A stretch of DNA of 64,000 nucleotides. Source: Octopus vulgaris. Lineage: Eukaryota. The position numbers were made by a program, and so were the translations under genes. The notes under the pieces were generated by a model, which had not been told where the DNA came from, searched no databases, and saw only the letters and a list, made by a program, of their open reading frames with translations. This document shows, in pieces, positions 1-13,472 of the stretch. The stretch spans positions 57,970,001-58,034,000 of the forward strand of contig OX597819.1 of NCBI GenBank assembly GCA_951406725.2, read 5' to 3'. Positions within the stretch are counted from its first letter, which is position 1. Every line of letters begins with the position of its first letter.

Positions 1-303
1 TTCATATTAATTTTTCCCAGTTACCGGTTTCGTAATGGCAAAGGTATTTTACGAAATTCTTCATTATTTTCAAAATTAATTAACACAATTAAGAGAACTG
101 TGTAACTAAAGAGTTTATACCGGCAAGGTTTGGCGTTGTGAAATTCTCTTCACAATTACGTAATTTCAGATCATTGCTGCAGCTCGGCGTGCCATTGAGG
201 TTTTTGCCAAAACCCTGATGAAGAAAATTTAAGAGACGGAAACTGTGCTGTGGACCTTTGTGTATATAGGTTTATATATATATCTACTTATATGTCTATG
301 CGT

Positions 304-524
304 TAATAATCCTTTCTATTATAGACACAAGGCGTGAAATTTAGGGGAGGGGGATAGTCGATTACATCGACCCCAGTGCGTAACTGGTACTTAATTTACG
401 GACCCCGGAAAGATGAAAGGTAAATGTGACCTCGGCGTAATTTGAACTCATAAAATAACGACAGACGAACCACCGCTAAGCATTTCGTCCGGTGTGCTAC
501 TAATGATTCTGCCAGCTCGCCGTC
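304..524 (-). mobile_element. SINE family B (tRNA-like head, Meta-domain-like core), near full length
   Basis: Reverse complement matches the copies at 20642 and 42550 (ggcgagctggcagaa...gagttcaaatt...cctttcatc..cggggtc...aagtaccag...gccttgtg..tagaaagg) and ends in a short (ATT) tail. Confidence 0.85.
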
Positions 525-706
525 TTGTCTATGCCGAGTAATAATGACGAGTACTACTTGTAGCACCAGTATGCTAAAAATAGCAGTCAAAACTACTCAA
601 AACCATAGTTTTCACTTGTACACAAGGGCGAAATCGAAGGGACGAGTTGTAAAATTTTGAGACCCCGGACTATAGACGAAAAGAATGGAAAATGAAAATT
701 AGACAT

Positions 707-827
707 ACGTAGGAGTGGCTGTGTAGTAAGTAGCTTGCTTACAAACCACATGGTTCCCGGCTCAGTCCCACTGCGTGGCACCTTGGGCAAGTGTCTTCTA
801 CTACAGCCTCGGGCTGACTAAAGCTTG
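707..827 (+). mobile_element. SINE family A, 5' fragment (tRNA-derived head)
   Basis: gtaggagtggctgtgtagtaag...cccggctcagtcccactgcgtggcaccttgggcaag; same head as the full copies at 36133, 37298, 46448 and 60215. Confidence 0.85.
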
Positions 828-961
828 AAAGAGTGTATCATAGTGATTTCAAATTTTGTGAATAATCACTTTGTTCTTGTCAGTGAGTAATACTGACCCA
901 GGGCCAAAACCATGCCCACTTCGTCCATGTATCGAACCTATGTATATGTGTATATATACAT

Positions 962-1245
962 ACGAGAGTTCCAGCTGATCCGATCAAATGAATAGCCTGC
1001 TCGTGAAATTAATGTGTAAGTGACTGAGGACTCCACAGGCACATCTATCTTTAACCGTAGTTCTCAAGGAGATTCAGCCTGACACAGAATGTCACAAGAA
1101 TAGCACCTTTCAATTACAGGTACTATTTATTTTTGCCAGCTGAGTGGACTGGAAGAACGAGAAATAAAATGTCTTACTCAACGCGACGCCGGGAATTGAA
1201 CTCACGACCTTACGATCGTGAGCCCAATACGTGAACCACTAATCC
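962..1245 (-). mobile_element. SINE family C (tRNA-like head, CORE-like middle), diverged
   Basis: Reverse complement: tagtggtt...cacgatcgtaaggtcgtgagttcaattccc...gagtaagacattttatttc...ccagtccactcagctg; similar to 61030-61335. Confidence 0.65.
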
Positions 1246-1417
1246 TTCAGACACACACCTTCAGACACACACACACACACACGACACACACACACACACA
1301 CACACATCCACACAATTTCTAATTTGTATTTCAAGTTTAATATTTACTGACAGTCTTCACATTACATAGACAACATATATCATGTGTGTGTGTGTATATG
1401 TTCATTTGTATCTAAAC

Positions 1418-1497
<80 letters not shown>
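1418..1497. repeat. (TA)n microsatellite, representative of many (TA)n, (TG)n and (AG)n tracts
   Basis: Directly visible. Confidence 0.95.
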
Positions 1498-1500
<3 letters not shown>

Positions 1501-1682
1501 TACATACATTCTTATAGACCTATATATATATGTATATATAAATATATATATATATATGTGTGTTTATATATATATATATATATATATATATGAGCGTTAT
1601 ACTAATACATGTTTGTTTTGTACACCACCTGTCTTCGTCTTTTGTTTTTTTCGTAAACTCTCCCTATATATATATATATACA

Positions 1683-1757
<75 letters not shown>

Positions 1758-1934
1758 CAGAGAGAGACACTATCAGAAAGAGAGAGCTAAGTTTTAATGT
1801 TATTTTTCTGAACGTAGTTGTAATGATGTCAGCAATATGATGAAGTAACGTCTAGAAAATAACTTTGAATCGATTAAACAAATTAGTAGTTTGATATTGT
1901 GATAAATTAGGGCCATATCAAAAGCTAACTCTCC

Positions 1935-2300
1935 TTTGATTATTTGGTTTGCAACCAATAGTGAGTGATTAATCTGCAGGTCACGTTCGATAATGTGATC
2001 CTAGGGTCGTACACATAAGAAAAATATGGAATGGTCGCAAATGGAACGCTTTTGATCATAGATCTGCTTAATCAGGTTTGACTTGGAGTAAATCAACAAC
2101 GTCTAAGTGATGCATCCTCGGTGTAGTCACTCAATGTGCGAGAAATAACAGTCATGTCTACCTGTCTTGAGTAAGTAAATAGCATAAAATACAGAAGTGA
2201 CAATTGTTATTTTAAAAGACAGGATTAACCCACCTGAGTGCTTATCATTATCGACCACGATCTTTGCTGGCCTGGGGCTAAACTATAATAACAACAATAA
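1935..2300 (+). mobile_element. Two adjacent, highly diverged copies of an old interspersed repeat (SINE-like)
   Basis: Shared tail motif (ggatggtc...tttgatcatag...ggggctaaacaac) recurs near 39045, 42060 and 51875. Confidence 0.4.
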
Positions 2301-2768
2301 TAAACAAATAAACAATTGTTCTTATATTTATATACTTATATTTCCTGTATAGAATGGATCCTTCAGGTAAATCACTCTATATTGGTTGTATGTAACACAG
2401 AAGGAAAACGGTTCCTATACCCTTTTGATCTGGTTCTAATCTATCAAAGTATCAAAATTATTAATTTGTTTAATCGATTCAAGTCTACCTTCTAGAAACT
2501 ACTTCGTCATATTCCAGAAATCATTACAGCTAACTTATGAAAAAGAGATTTAAATTACAGTCAGACAGACAGATAGATAATATGTCCAACTTTTCATAAT
2601 GATATGGTTTTTTTTATTTATTTATTTATTTATTGTCTCTGTTTCTCTTCTTTTTTTTAATTTTCCGACTTCCCTCATTCGTTTCTACATAAAGCGGGGG
2701 CTTGAAACGTCAAACACTCTTCCATCACCTGTCTCTGTTTTATCTATTTTTTTTTTTGTACAACTTTG

Positions 2769-2944
<176 letters not shown>

Positions 2945-5365
2945 ATAGGTTTCGACCAGTATTGGCCCAGGCCATGTCTACCCAATAGCAACACCTGGCG
3001 AAGTCATTCAAGTCAGGAATTGGACAACATGGCCCACTCGAGGAGAGAATTATTGTTTACAGAGACATATCCAGGTGTAGGGGGTTTATCCGGGATTTCT
3101 TGAAGGAATTTGTCCAAAGACTTCTTGAACTTTATAGGGAGAGAATAAGCTTTAATGTGTTTTCCTGTAATGTTAAAGAGAGCGGGGCCAATTGAGGTGA
3201 AATAATCGTGACGTATTATGTGATGCAAGTATGATTTATGTCGTGGGCGGATAGTACGGGGCCCAAGCTTTTCTAGTCGACCCCAATAGTCAAAGATTGT
3301 CAAGCCATTTATTTTTTGTAATTGACCTTTGAGGTGCTTCAACTTTTATGATACTTTGTTTCGTGTGGGGATACCACAGCGGACAACAGTATTCGAGGTG
3401 GTGTCGGGCAAAAGTGGAGAAGAGAAGGATAATGGTCTGGATATCTATCGACCGGAAGTTTCTAGAAATCCTGGAATACAGTCTGCAGGCCATGTCAGCA
3501 TTGCTGTTTATATAAGCGGCCTAGCTTATGTTGTTATCCACAATTATTCCCAAGTTTCTGATGTTGTTGGATGCCATGAGAGTTTCACCAGAAGGAAGGA
3601 AGTATGGGAGTTTCAGGGTGTTCTCTTTTCCGAACTGGATTAGCTGAAATTTGTCCTCGTCCAGCAGCATATTATTCTTTTCCGCTCATTGGATGACAGC
3701 CAGTAGATCTGACTGAAGAATTGTCCGGTCACCCACTTCATTGATGACCTCTGGAGCTTGGAATCATCTGCAAAGATTCTTATGTTGCTGTGCTTAAGGA
3801 TGTTAGTTATGTCAATAATGTAGATGATGAAAAGAAGTGGGCCCAATATAGTGCCTTGTGGAATACTACTGCTGACATTGGCTGGGCTTGATTTCACTCC
3901 TTCGAGTACAAGGTGTGGAGTTTGTCCGTCAGTAAACACTTGATCCATTATAGTAACTATCCAGAGACACCATTGTTGGATAGCTTTTCAAGAGAATCTT
4001 ATGATCAACTCTGTCAAAGGACGTGTTGAAATCAAGGTAGATGACATCGGTGTTGGAGCCCTCCCCTAATGCTCTCCAAATTTCATCAAAGTGATGCAGC
4101 AGCTGCGTTAAGCAGTTCCTTCTGTTATGGAACCCATGTTGTTTGGGGTTCAGCAGTCTGTTGCTTTCAAGAAAGTGGGTTATTCGTGATCTCAACACCC
4201 TCTCAAATACCTTGATGATATGAGAGGTGGGTGAGATCGAAGTGTAGTTCACTACAAGGGACTTGTTTCCCTTTTCGAAAACTGGGACAAGAGATTGGGA
4301 CAGAAAGTTTTCAGGAATATAGCCAGCATCCAGTGAGTTCCTCCATAGATTAGCAAAAGGAGATGCAAGTTGGTGTCGACACACCTTCAGGACACAAGCA
4401 GGGAACCTATCAGGGTCTACTGTTGAATTGTGTTCAATTTCGTTTATTGCCGCTAAGACATCAGGGGCGCGAAACATTATGTCCGATATAGTGTGTTGAG
4501 GATTTACATCACTGATATAGTCCAGATCGGCCATATCATGATTGCTGAAAACAAAACAGTACTGTTTCTGCAGTATCTCATGGTTTTCGCATTATCTTGG
4601 AGAGTGCCATTTTCATCAACAGTGCAGACCTTGTGTTTTTTTTCACAATAAAGAACACTTAGTGGTTGAGTTTGATTTCCTCGACGACCCATTTCTCCTC
4701 AGCTGTCCTTTGGTTATTGATGATGATCTTCATGTATTGTTGGAGGTTATATTTCTTTTTATTCAAGCAGAGCAATAACCGTCGAATATATGTGTGGCTG
4801 TTCGCAGTATTTTAGTTTATTACTTTTATTGTTTGTTCTTTTTATTTTTCTGATAATAGTTTTCTCTGTTTTGGGGAATTCTGCACTTAGTTGTGTTCAC
4901 AGGTGTTACTGGGGTGTGTTTTGCACATGTTTGTGACAGTGTCTACAAAGATCTCCCAAGACATTTTGATGCTAGGTGGAGATGTGTGTATGTGTAAAGG
5001 ACCAGTCAACATGCGATAGCTCGTTCCTGATTGCATCCCAGTTGGCATTATGGAGATCCATGTTATCAAATCGGTGGGCTGGAGAGAGGTCACTAGGGTT
5101 AGCTTTCGGCTGGTAGAATCTCAGGTTACTAAGAACCATGTCATGGCCTGAAAGAAGGGCTTTTACCACTGTATCATTATGTATAGTGTTAGTATGGTTA
5201 CTAAACCCAAGGTCTAAAATGCTCTGATATCTTGTTGATGCAAAGACAAGTTGGGACAAGAGAAACTCATTCATAAAGTCAAGAAGTGACTCTACTGCTT
5301 CTTTATCAGCAGTTGAAGTGGGAGTGTCTGGTTTCAAACTGTTTGTAGACCAATCAACACAGACA
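2945..5365 (-). pseudogene. 5'-truncated CR1/L2-group LINE ORF2 (APE C-terminus plus reverse transcriptase), frameshifted
   Basis: ORF pieces 4972-5337 (TR..ILDL...SGH), 3929-4534 (KVFERV, QHGF, YLDF..FDRVDH), 3640-3948 (IPQGTILGPLLF, FADD), 3290-3493 (HLEYCCPLW.PH) and 3013-3342 (FKKSLDKFL..IPD). Confidence 0.92.
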
Positions 5366-5787
5366 ATTTTTATACTACAGTAGGATTGAGGGGGCGATGT
5401 GGGGGAAGAAAGCAGTGGTTTATTTTTAGTATTTGAAGTGGTAGAAGACGATGGTGGCAGCGGTGCTGCTGCTGCTGCTGATGATGATGATGAAGATGAT
5501 GATGATTAGGATGATGATGATCATGATGATCATGATTGCGGTGGCTGTTGTGAGAGTGGTGAGTGAAAGAGAGGAGGAGAGATACTAACGTTCAATATAT
5601 CAGTTATTATGCTGGAATTTAGGAGCGGCTCTTCCTGTTGTTTTTTGTTGTTGTTGTTGTTGTTGTTGCGTTCATGATTTTCTAGCTGTTGCTTGTTGTC
5701 GCTTTGCTTGTTGCTGCCGTTCATGATTTTCTGGCTGTTGCTGTTTGTTGCTGTGCTTGACCAATATTTGAAGAGTAAATTTGAAGA

Positions 5788-5867
5788 GGCGCAGGGGTGA
5801 CTGTGTGGCAAGTAGCTTTCTTACCAACCACCGCGTGGCACCTTGCGCAAGTGAAAGAGTAAAAGAG
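5788..5867 (+). mobile_element. SINE family A, internally deleted mini-copy (head joined to tail)
   Basis: ggcgcaggggtgactgtgtggcaagtagc...gcgtggcaccttgcgcaagtg joined directly to aaagagtaaaagag. Confidence 0.7.
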
Positions 5868-6513
5868 ACACCGAAGTATTTGAAAATGACCCTGATTTAG
5901 TTTAAAGGAAACCTCAATGTGTTTTAGTTTGCAGCGTATTTGCTTAACACTTCGAATGTTGAGTATATGCGCTGCTTTTTCGGCAATCTCATTTATACAC
6001 GAAATGTTTGTTTTCTGTTAGGGAGAGAGAAAACCATGTGCTTATGAAGAGATCAATTTCATTATCAGACCAATTTCGGTTGTTGTAAGTCTGCCGGTCA
6101 GACGCCATGTTTTTTTTTGCTTTTTTTTTTTGCTTTTTTTCTCTTGGTTTTATTTTGATTGAGATATATGTATATATTCTTTCTTATGTGTGTGTGAGGT
6201 TTTGATTATCTGAAGATATTAAAGAAGTGTATATATAGATATATTCTCTCTTATGGTTGTGAGCTTTTGGTTATTTGGTTGTTTGTGCATAAACGAGAGA
6301 TTATTTCGGTATATAATAATTTGTATTTGAGTAAAAAAGAAACGTACTTTCGAGTGGTTTGTAGGTAAACACGTGGTTACAAATATATGCAAACGGTCAG
6401 TTTAGCTTTATAGCTGTGAAGTTTACAACTGACTTCGGCAGAGGGAAGCAAATCACATTTGTACACTTCAAGAGTTCAGCCATATGTATGTATATATACA
6501 TATTTATATATTC

Positions 6514-6573
<60 letters not shown>

Positions 6574-6649
6574 TTATATATTCATATATATATATATATA
6601 CATATATATTTTTACAGGTTTGCGCGTGTGTGTGTATGTGAGTGTGTGT

Positions 6650-7230
6650 CATCACTTGGCTCTTCTCTTAAAGATGAGCAGCCTGAATGTCTTGCCAGGA
6701 AGACCTCTTGCAACAGATATTCAGTGAACATCACTCCCTCGGTAACAAATACCATCATATCATCGGAGAATTTTTCATTGAGCGTTTTGCCTTTCTCGGC
6801 TACAGGCAACCATAGTATGCTACACATAATACAGATGATAAAAGCGAAGCGGTGCATGTCCTTGAAGCTTCTTAAATTAAGAAGAGGTCTTGAATAGGCT
6901 CGCTTTAAACAGCTTTTATATGTGCTTCCTTTGTAGAACTACTCTACATCCTGTGTTGCAAATAATGTCGTAGACGTTACATCTGAGTTTTGTTTCTTCT
7001 AGAGAGAAGTCTAAACAAATCTTAGATTTCTCATCCCAGATGCTGGATGGCTGTTGACTCTGCTGGGTTCATCAACTTGTAACAGATTTAGTTTTTCGTT
7101 TGTAGAGTGTCCAATGAAAACTACCATTTGGTTATGGTTTAGTTGCCAATGGCCCTACCATGAGATAGATTATAGTATTGAGTTACATGTCACTTGCAGC
7201 ACTAAAAAGGGATCTGACATGTGTAGATGG
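6650..7230 (-). pseudogene. Possible highly decayed RLE-type non-LTR retrotransposon C-terminus
   Basis: Minus-strand translation fragments such as IWDEKSKICL..SLEE resemble the RLE PD..(D/E) region; heavily disrupted. Confidence 0.3.
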
Positions 7231-7329
7231 TCAGTCAGAAAGACAGATAGATAGATAGAGTGAGTGAGTGAGAGAGATACATACACACAAATTCGTATAA
7301 ATAAATAAATATACATAAACACACACACA

Positions 7330-7368
<39 letters not shown>

Positions 7369-8232
7369 GAATGGTCATTTTGCCAGTTTAGCCAATATAT
7401 ATAAATCATGCTTTAAAAATATATTATCTGCAAGACTCAAACATAGTCCCTTACAGTTGTTTCAACTAAGCTTAATGGATTAAATAGCAATTATTAAAAT
7501 CATTATATTTAGCAAATGCTCTTCATAGAGGAAGAAAAAAGATATACCGTTAGGTTTTTAAGTGTTGTATTTTAAAATTATCACAGCAGACTGAGTATTA
7601 ATTTATGGTTAATATTGGTATATGCCTGGATTAGGTGGTCATAGGTTGCTTTAGTTGGTAATGGATAAAATGTGAATATATTTAGGGTAATAATGGGTAA
7701 ATAAATAGAAGTTGAATAGTAAAGTACTGTGAAGTAGAATATCATATGAATGAGGAGATAAAATATGTAGGTAAGTTTTTAATAAATCCGAAGGAAACTG
7801 ATATAAAAATAATACATAAACATAGAATAACACTGGCCAAAAAGCATTCGTCTTTTAATTCAATGCATATACATATACGTAGATATACGTATCTAAATAT
7901 TAATATATGTACATATATAAACACACACGCCCGCACACAACCACATTAATATACGTACGCAAACAATAGATACATATAAGTATGCACATATGCACACATA
8001 CATGGTGATACATTTATGTGCACCAGTTCAAGTAAATGAATATATATTTTTTATTAAATGTTATATCTCCATTTTTTTACTTTCTTTGAATGATTATAAA
8101 CCATGATTTATATATGAACCTATTGTTTTACGAGTATTATTATTCACAACAAATATTAGGTATTCATTGGATGATACTATCCCTTAATGAAGCTAATTTA
8201 TCCTCCAATTGAATGCGAGTATATGTGTTTGG

Positions 8233-8271
<39 letters not shown>

Positions 8272-8729
8272 TATATATATGTATATATGTATTTCCGTAT
8301 AGCAAAGTTTCATGCATATAATTTGTTTATATTTCTACATATTTATTAGGAAAAACCTTCGACTTAGTGTTATTATATTGTATAGGCTTACTTTGATTTT
8401 AATTCATAGATGATCCGAAATAGAGGTATACATTTTACATATCTCTCATATAATTTTCATTATTACGCTCACCATTTTTTTAAAAGCAATGTTGTCAAAA
8501 ATTAGAATTGTGATGTGGGTGAGTGTATGGCCACGAGTGTGTGTTCGTGAGAGTGCGTCCCTGTGTATGTGTGAGTGAGCGTATGTTTGTGCTTGAGCAC
8601 ACACACACACGAGTGTATGTGTATGTATACACTTGAACTTGTGTGTTTGTGCACTGGCATCTCTATATATGTGTCAATGTACGAGGTTGCACGGGTTGTA
8701 TACATGATTGATTGATTGATTGATTGATT

Positions 8730-8771
8730 CTAGTTTCAGCTTATGAGCTGTGGCCATGCTCGGGCACCGCC
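8730..8771 (-). mobile_element. SINE family A-like 3' tail fragment
   Basis: gtttcagc..atgagctgtggccatgctcgggcaccgcc resembles the family A tail. Confidence 0.5.
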
Positions 8772-8829
8772 ATTTTTATATTTTTATATTTTTATATTTT
8801 ATATTTTATATATTTTATATATATATATA

Positions 8830-9370
8830 GGTAAAAACGTTAAAAAAACACAAACTGGGACAAGAACGTGAAACATTTTGAAGACGACAAAAAAACACAC
8901 AGACGGGACTTTCGAAGCTCTCAGTCATCAGTCAAGAACCAGATCATCTTCGCAATTTCGGCTGATTAATCTTGAGATTGCTCCAATCTGGGCAGCCCGC
9001 CAAGGGAAATCTAAGCCAATCGCATTAGATTCCTTGGAAGAAAACCTCGAAAGTATACAACACGGTGACGGAAAAACAGACGATGTTACTCGAAAAAAAT
9101 TTCAAAAATACGTAAAAACAATAAAGATAGCACGGATAAAAATACAAAATAACGTAAAAACAATCATAACAAAACCAGGACGTCAGGACAAGCGTCTTTC
9201 GACAGGACGAGTTGAGTATAGGCTGGCTGTGGAACAAGTGCCTGAAGGCAAACGGAGCACAAACACATACGTGTAGTCACGCCAACTACTTGATGCGAAA
9301 GGCAGTAGTAGCTAGCTGGTCACGTGAGCACAAAAAGGAGAAAGGGACAGATGAAGAGAGAAGCAGGAGA
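8830..9370 (-). mobile_element. Interspersed repeat, probably a PLE-like terminal repeat, related to 11485-11640
   Basis: Both segments start right after (TA)n, share gacaagaac...aaacat...gacga and carry a gaCTGANGA...cGAA motif on the minus strand. Confidence 0.4.
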
Positions 9371-9427
9371 GGGAATATATATATATATATATTTGAACTC
9401 ATCTATGTCTATCGCTCAAAAATTGGG

Positions 9428-9527
9428 CGTTATTTCTAAAGGGCCAATCAAACAAGTCCATTTTTTAAAGGTGTATGACCGTTATTTCTAAAGGGCCAAT
9501 CAAACAAGTCCATTGTTTAAAGGTGTA
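9428..9527. repeat. Tandem duplication, 52-bp period, 2 copies
   Basis: cgttatttctaaagggccaatcaaacaagtccatt(t/g)tttaaaggtgta at 9428 and 9480. Confidence 0.95.
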
Positions 9528-9650
9528 GCGTTTGTAATAGTCTGGATAGAATTCACATATCGGTTCCATTCTAGCAAAAACTGTCCAACGAACGGAAACG
9601 GGAAACTCAGAGTAACAGGTTTTGTTGAATTTTCTGCTGCTTTAAATAAA

Positions 9651-9739
<89 letters not shown>

Positions 9740-9743
<4 letters not shown>

Positions 9744-10068
9744 ATAGTGCTACTGCACTATACTTAATGACTGACAAAAGGAGGTAAGTCCCTAGCGTAC
9801 ATAGCCGTATCGCAATTTAGAATTTTCGTCACTTTTTTTACCTCCATTAATTTTGCTTCTTAATTTGCTGTTTACACTTTTACCGTTCTGAAAATCAGCA
9901 CATGATTTCAACAGACTTTCTTTAAGATTGACAAAAGAATTTGAGTTTAACCCTAAGCGTTAAGAGCCGCTGATGAGAATTAAGGTGGTCTGCACCAAAA
10001 TTCAAAATCGCGATACGGCTATGTACGCTAGGGATTTACCTCCCTTTGTCAGTCATTAAGTATAGTGC
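9740..10068 (+). mobile_element. PLE-like terminal repeat with an inverted partial copy
   Basis: About 72-bp inverted repeat 9755-9826 / 9997-10068, plus a hammerhead motif at 9965-10020. Confidence 0.7.
9965..10020 (+). ncRNA. Minimal type I hammerhead ribozyme (G12 mutated to A)
   Basis: AGCCG-CTGATGA-GAATT aa GGTG gtctg CACC aa AATTC-(A)AAA-TCGCGA-TA-CGGCT: stem I, stem II and a palindromic stem III are all present. Confidence 0.7.
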
Positions 10069-10621
10069 TTGAAAGACTGGTCAGCTCAGAGCCCTGACTT
10101 AAATACCATCGAGCAAATGGGGACAGAAATAAAGAGAAGAGTTCGTCAGAAGAATCCACGCAATATTGAAGAGTTGTGTAGCTTAGCCACAGAGAATGGA
10201 ATCTCATACCTGTGAAGATGGTGAAGGATTTGTACGCATCTCTTGCCAGGTGGATTGAAGCAATTATTCAAGCTAAGAGAAGCGACACGAAATATTAAGA
10301 ATGTACAGTAACTTCTTGAAATGACCATTATATAATATTTTTTTCATTATAGACATTTTTCTGTTTTACAGCACTGTATCTTGATTGGTTTATGTAAAGT
10401 GACCGAAAACATATATACGCTCATTTTTGGTAGTTGTCTCCCATCTTCTCTTATTCAGAACAAATTCTACAAAATATAAGGATTAGACAGGAAAATGACT
10501 CCAACAAGGCCAATATTTCATCTGTAAAAAACGCAATGCGAAACACCCACTTATGAGTTGGGAATTAGTAAAAATTTACAATAGTTTAAAGCGTAAAGTG
10601 GTCTGAGACTCTTGCATGGTA

Positions 10622-10624
<3 letters not shown>
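10069..10624 (+). mobile_element. Tc1-family DNA transposon, 3' fragment
   Basis: Translates as DWSAQSPDLNTIE...IEAIIQAKRSDTKY* (10069-10298). The right end ...gcatggtactg|TA is a Tc1-type TIR followed by TA. Confidence 0.85.
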
Positions 10625-10687
<63 letters not shown>

Positions 10688-11096
10688 GGAGAGAATGAGA
10701 GAGAGAGAGAAAACAGGAAATTGAAAATTTGGGATATTTATTTATCATTACAAGACTTGTATTATTTAATTTCTCTGTCTAAAGAATTTTTAATAGGAAA
10801 TTCCTTGCATGTCTATCTAACGTGTAAAACTTACTAGCAAATGAAACAAATGTAATGGAGAATAAATAATACCAACAAATTTCCTATTTACTATTTTGAT
10901 ATACAATAACTCCGCAAATAGTGTTTCCATAATTCTCATTTCTAATATATATTTTACACTTACACACAGTAGCAACTGACTACATGTTGGATTTTAATAA
11001 TGGAATAAACATGAGTGTTTGAAGAGGATACAGCAGGGATTTACCCTAGATACCTCCGCACTATATACATACATACGTGAATACATACATATATAC

Positions 11097-11172
<76 letters not shown>

Positions 11173-11373
11173 GTGTGTATAAAGTACTAGTTCAATCAGA
11201 ATGGACATTTAATATTCTATCATCTCATTATATTATATTATATTATATTTTATTATATTAAATTATATCATATTACTAGAAGATTGTAAATAAAATGTGA
11301 AAATCAAAGTTGGAATTTCATTGAGTAATATATTCTTCTATACACGATCATACACACCCGTGTGTATATGTAC

Positions 11374-11458
<85 letters not shown>

Positions 11459-11484
11459 AAACACATATATATATATATATATAC

Positions 11485-11640
11485 AAAATGAGACAAGAAC
11501 ACAAAACATCCAGACTGTTAGGGGATACAAAAAAGGGACAACAAAACATCCAGATAGACGATACAAAGAAAACAAGGACAGGTCATTCGGAGTTTTCTTT
11601 CCTCAGTCGAGTTCCAGATTATCTTTGCAATTACGAAGAT
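11485..11640 (-). mobile_element. Interspersed repeat related to 8830-9370 (putative PLE terminal repeat)
   Basis: Follows (TA)n; minus strand gaCTGAGGA...ccGAATgac at 11581-11610. Confidence 0.35.
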
Positions 11641-12341
11641 GTCTAGAATCTCTATGCATAGTGAATGGCTGAAGGTAAATGTCAAACATTCAAAAATATT
11701 TGGAAAATCTTTCTGTTTCACTACTTTATGCCAAAGCTGATACTGCGTTCTTGTTGTAATGTCGTGTGACTTAGCTACACATACTTTACGCTGTACAGGG
11801 CCAGTATATGCTAGCTATGTTTCGTTTCCATAAACATTTTCACTCCCTCATCCTTCTCCATCTCCACTTATTCTTACACATCATCAAATCATTTTCATCA
11901 CCATCAACATCACCACCACCACCACCACCACCAAAACCACGAACATGAACACGATCACCATCATCATCATTATCGTCATCGTCATCATCATTATCATCAT
12001 CATTGTAATCAGGCATAAAATGTGAAAACGAAATTAAAAATAAGTTAACCGCGAACAAACAGTACTTAGTAACCTGGACGTTGACTTCTACTGAAAGAGC
12101 GATCAATATTCGTTAACCTATCCTATATGTGTGTGTGTGTGTGTGTGTGTATGTGTGTGTGTGTGTGTGTCTTTGTATGTATATGTGTGTGCGAATTTAT
12201 GTTTGTATGCGCACGTTTGTGTACGCATGTGTTTGCATGTGTGTTTGTATGTATACATATACATACACACACATATATATGTAGGTAGGTATATATATAT
12301 ATATATTTCTGCATACACATACATGAATACATACGTATACT

Positions 12342-12396
<55 letters not shown>

Positions 12397-13109
12397 GTGT
12401 ATGTGTATATATATATGTTTGTGTATAAAGAGAGAGAGGGAGGGAGGGAGAGAAGAGAGTGTTGGCGGAGAGAGAAAAGCCTGATGAAGAGCAAGAAAGA
12501 AAAAGAAATAGTGATATATATATATATAAAGTTGAGAGAGGGGGAGGAAGTAACACTGTTTTCTGCTATTCTTTAAACATCAACAACAAAAATAACAGCA
12601 ACAACATCACTTTATAGATTGTAAATTGAACATCGGTGTGAAGTCAAACCAATATTCTAATTGATTAAATGCCATTCCTTTATTTCTAAAGATTCAAATA
12701 ATTTTTATTGATTACTTCCCGAAGCTGTAAACTTAAAAGGAATTTCTGCAAGAAATGACGACGAAATTCAACGTAGAACCTATTTGAGAGATAGCAGAAT
12801 CCTAACTTCACAAACATATGCCTCACCTACCTACAAATGTGATTAACGTTGAACAATGACTGGATTTCACATTAATGCAAAACATCATAAGTAAAAATGT
12901 CTGAGGATCTTTCTATCTTTATCTTTCTCTCCCCTCCCCTCTCTCTCTCTCTCTCTCTCGCTTTCTCTCCCTCTCTCTTCCCTCCCCTCTTTCTCACTCT
13001 CTCTTTCTCTCGATAAATAAATACGTACATACACACATGCATATATACACACATACATGCATAATACATACATGCATACATACGTACTACGTACGTACTT
13101 ACAATCATA

Positions 13110-13472
13110 CAAAGGTATGCGTTTGCAATCCAGGAACAGTAAATATCAACCAAATACTCGATGCAGAAAATTGACAGAGATGCAGGAAAAGCAGTAAAAT
13201 GCGACAACCGATGCAGACTTTGTGAATTTTACACTAAAGAAATCATCCACATCATAAGCAGTTGTCTGAAACATCATCACGGCACTATCTACCGATGAGA
13301 CATAATGTTGTAGTTAGGACATTATATAATGAAATCCGTCGGAATGATAACCCCAAGAACAAAATTCAGGAACCCATAGTATGGTAGAAGCCATAGCCAC
13401 TGATAATAAAAAGGAGTATTGGTCGAATGTCCCAGTGAAAAACTCAATAAAATGCAAACACAATAGACCTGA
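13110..13472 (+). pseudogene. RLE-type (R4/Dong-like) LINE fragment, 5' part (zinc knuckle, RH motif, up to NRPD)
   Basis: GYAFAIQEQ...CRLC...HIISSC...YLPMRHNVV...KCKHNRPD; continues at 14068 after an insertion. Confidence 0.85.

Noticed and set aside
214-250. CTGATGA...GGAAAC hammerhead candidate
   Set aside because: No stem II pairing; probably chance or too decayed to support.
593-790. Recurrent small ORF MPKVPRSGTEPGTMW (also near 37640 and 46812)
   Set aside because: It is the antisense reading of the SINE A head.
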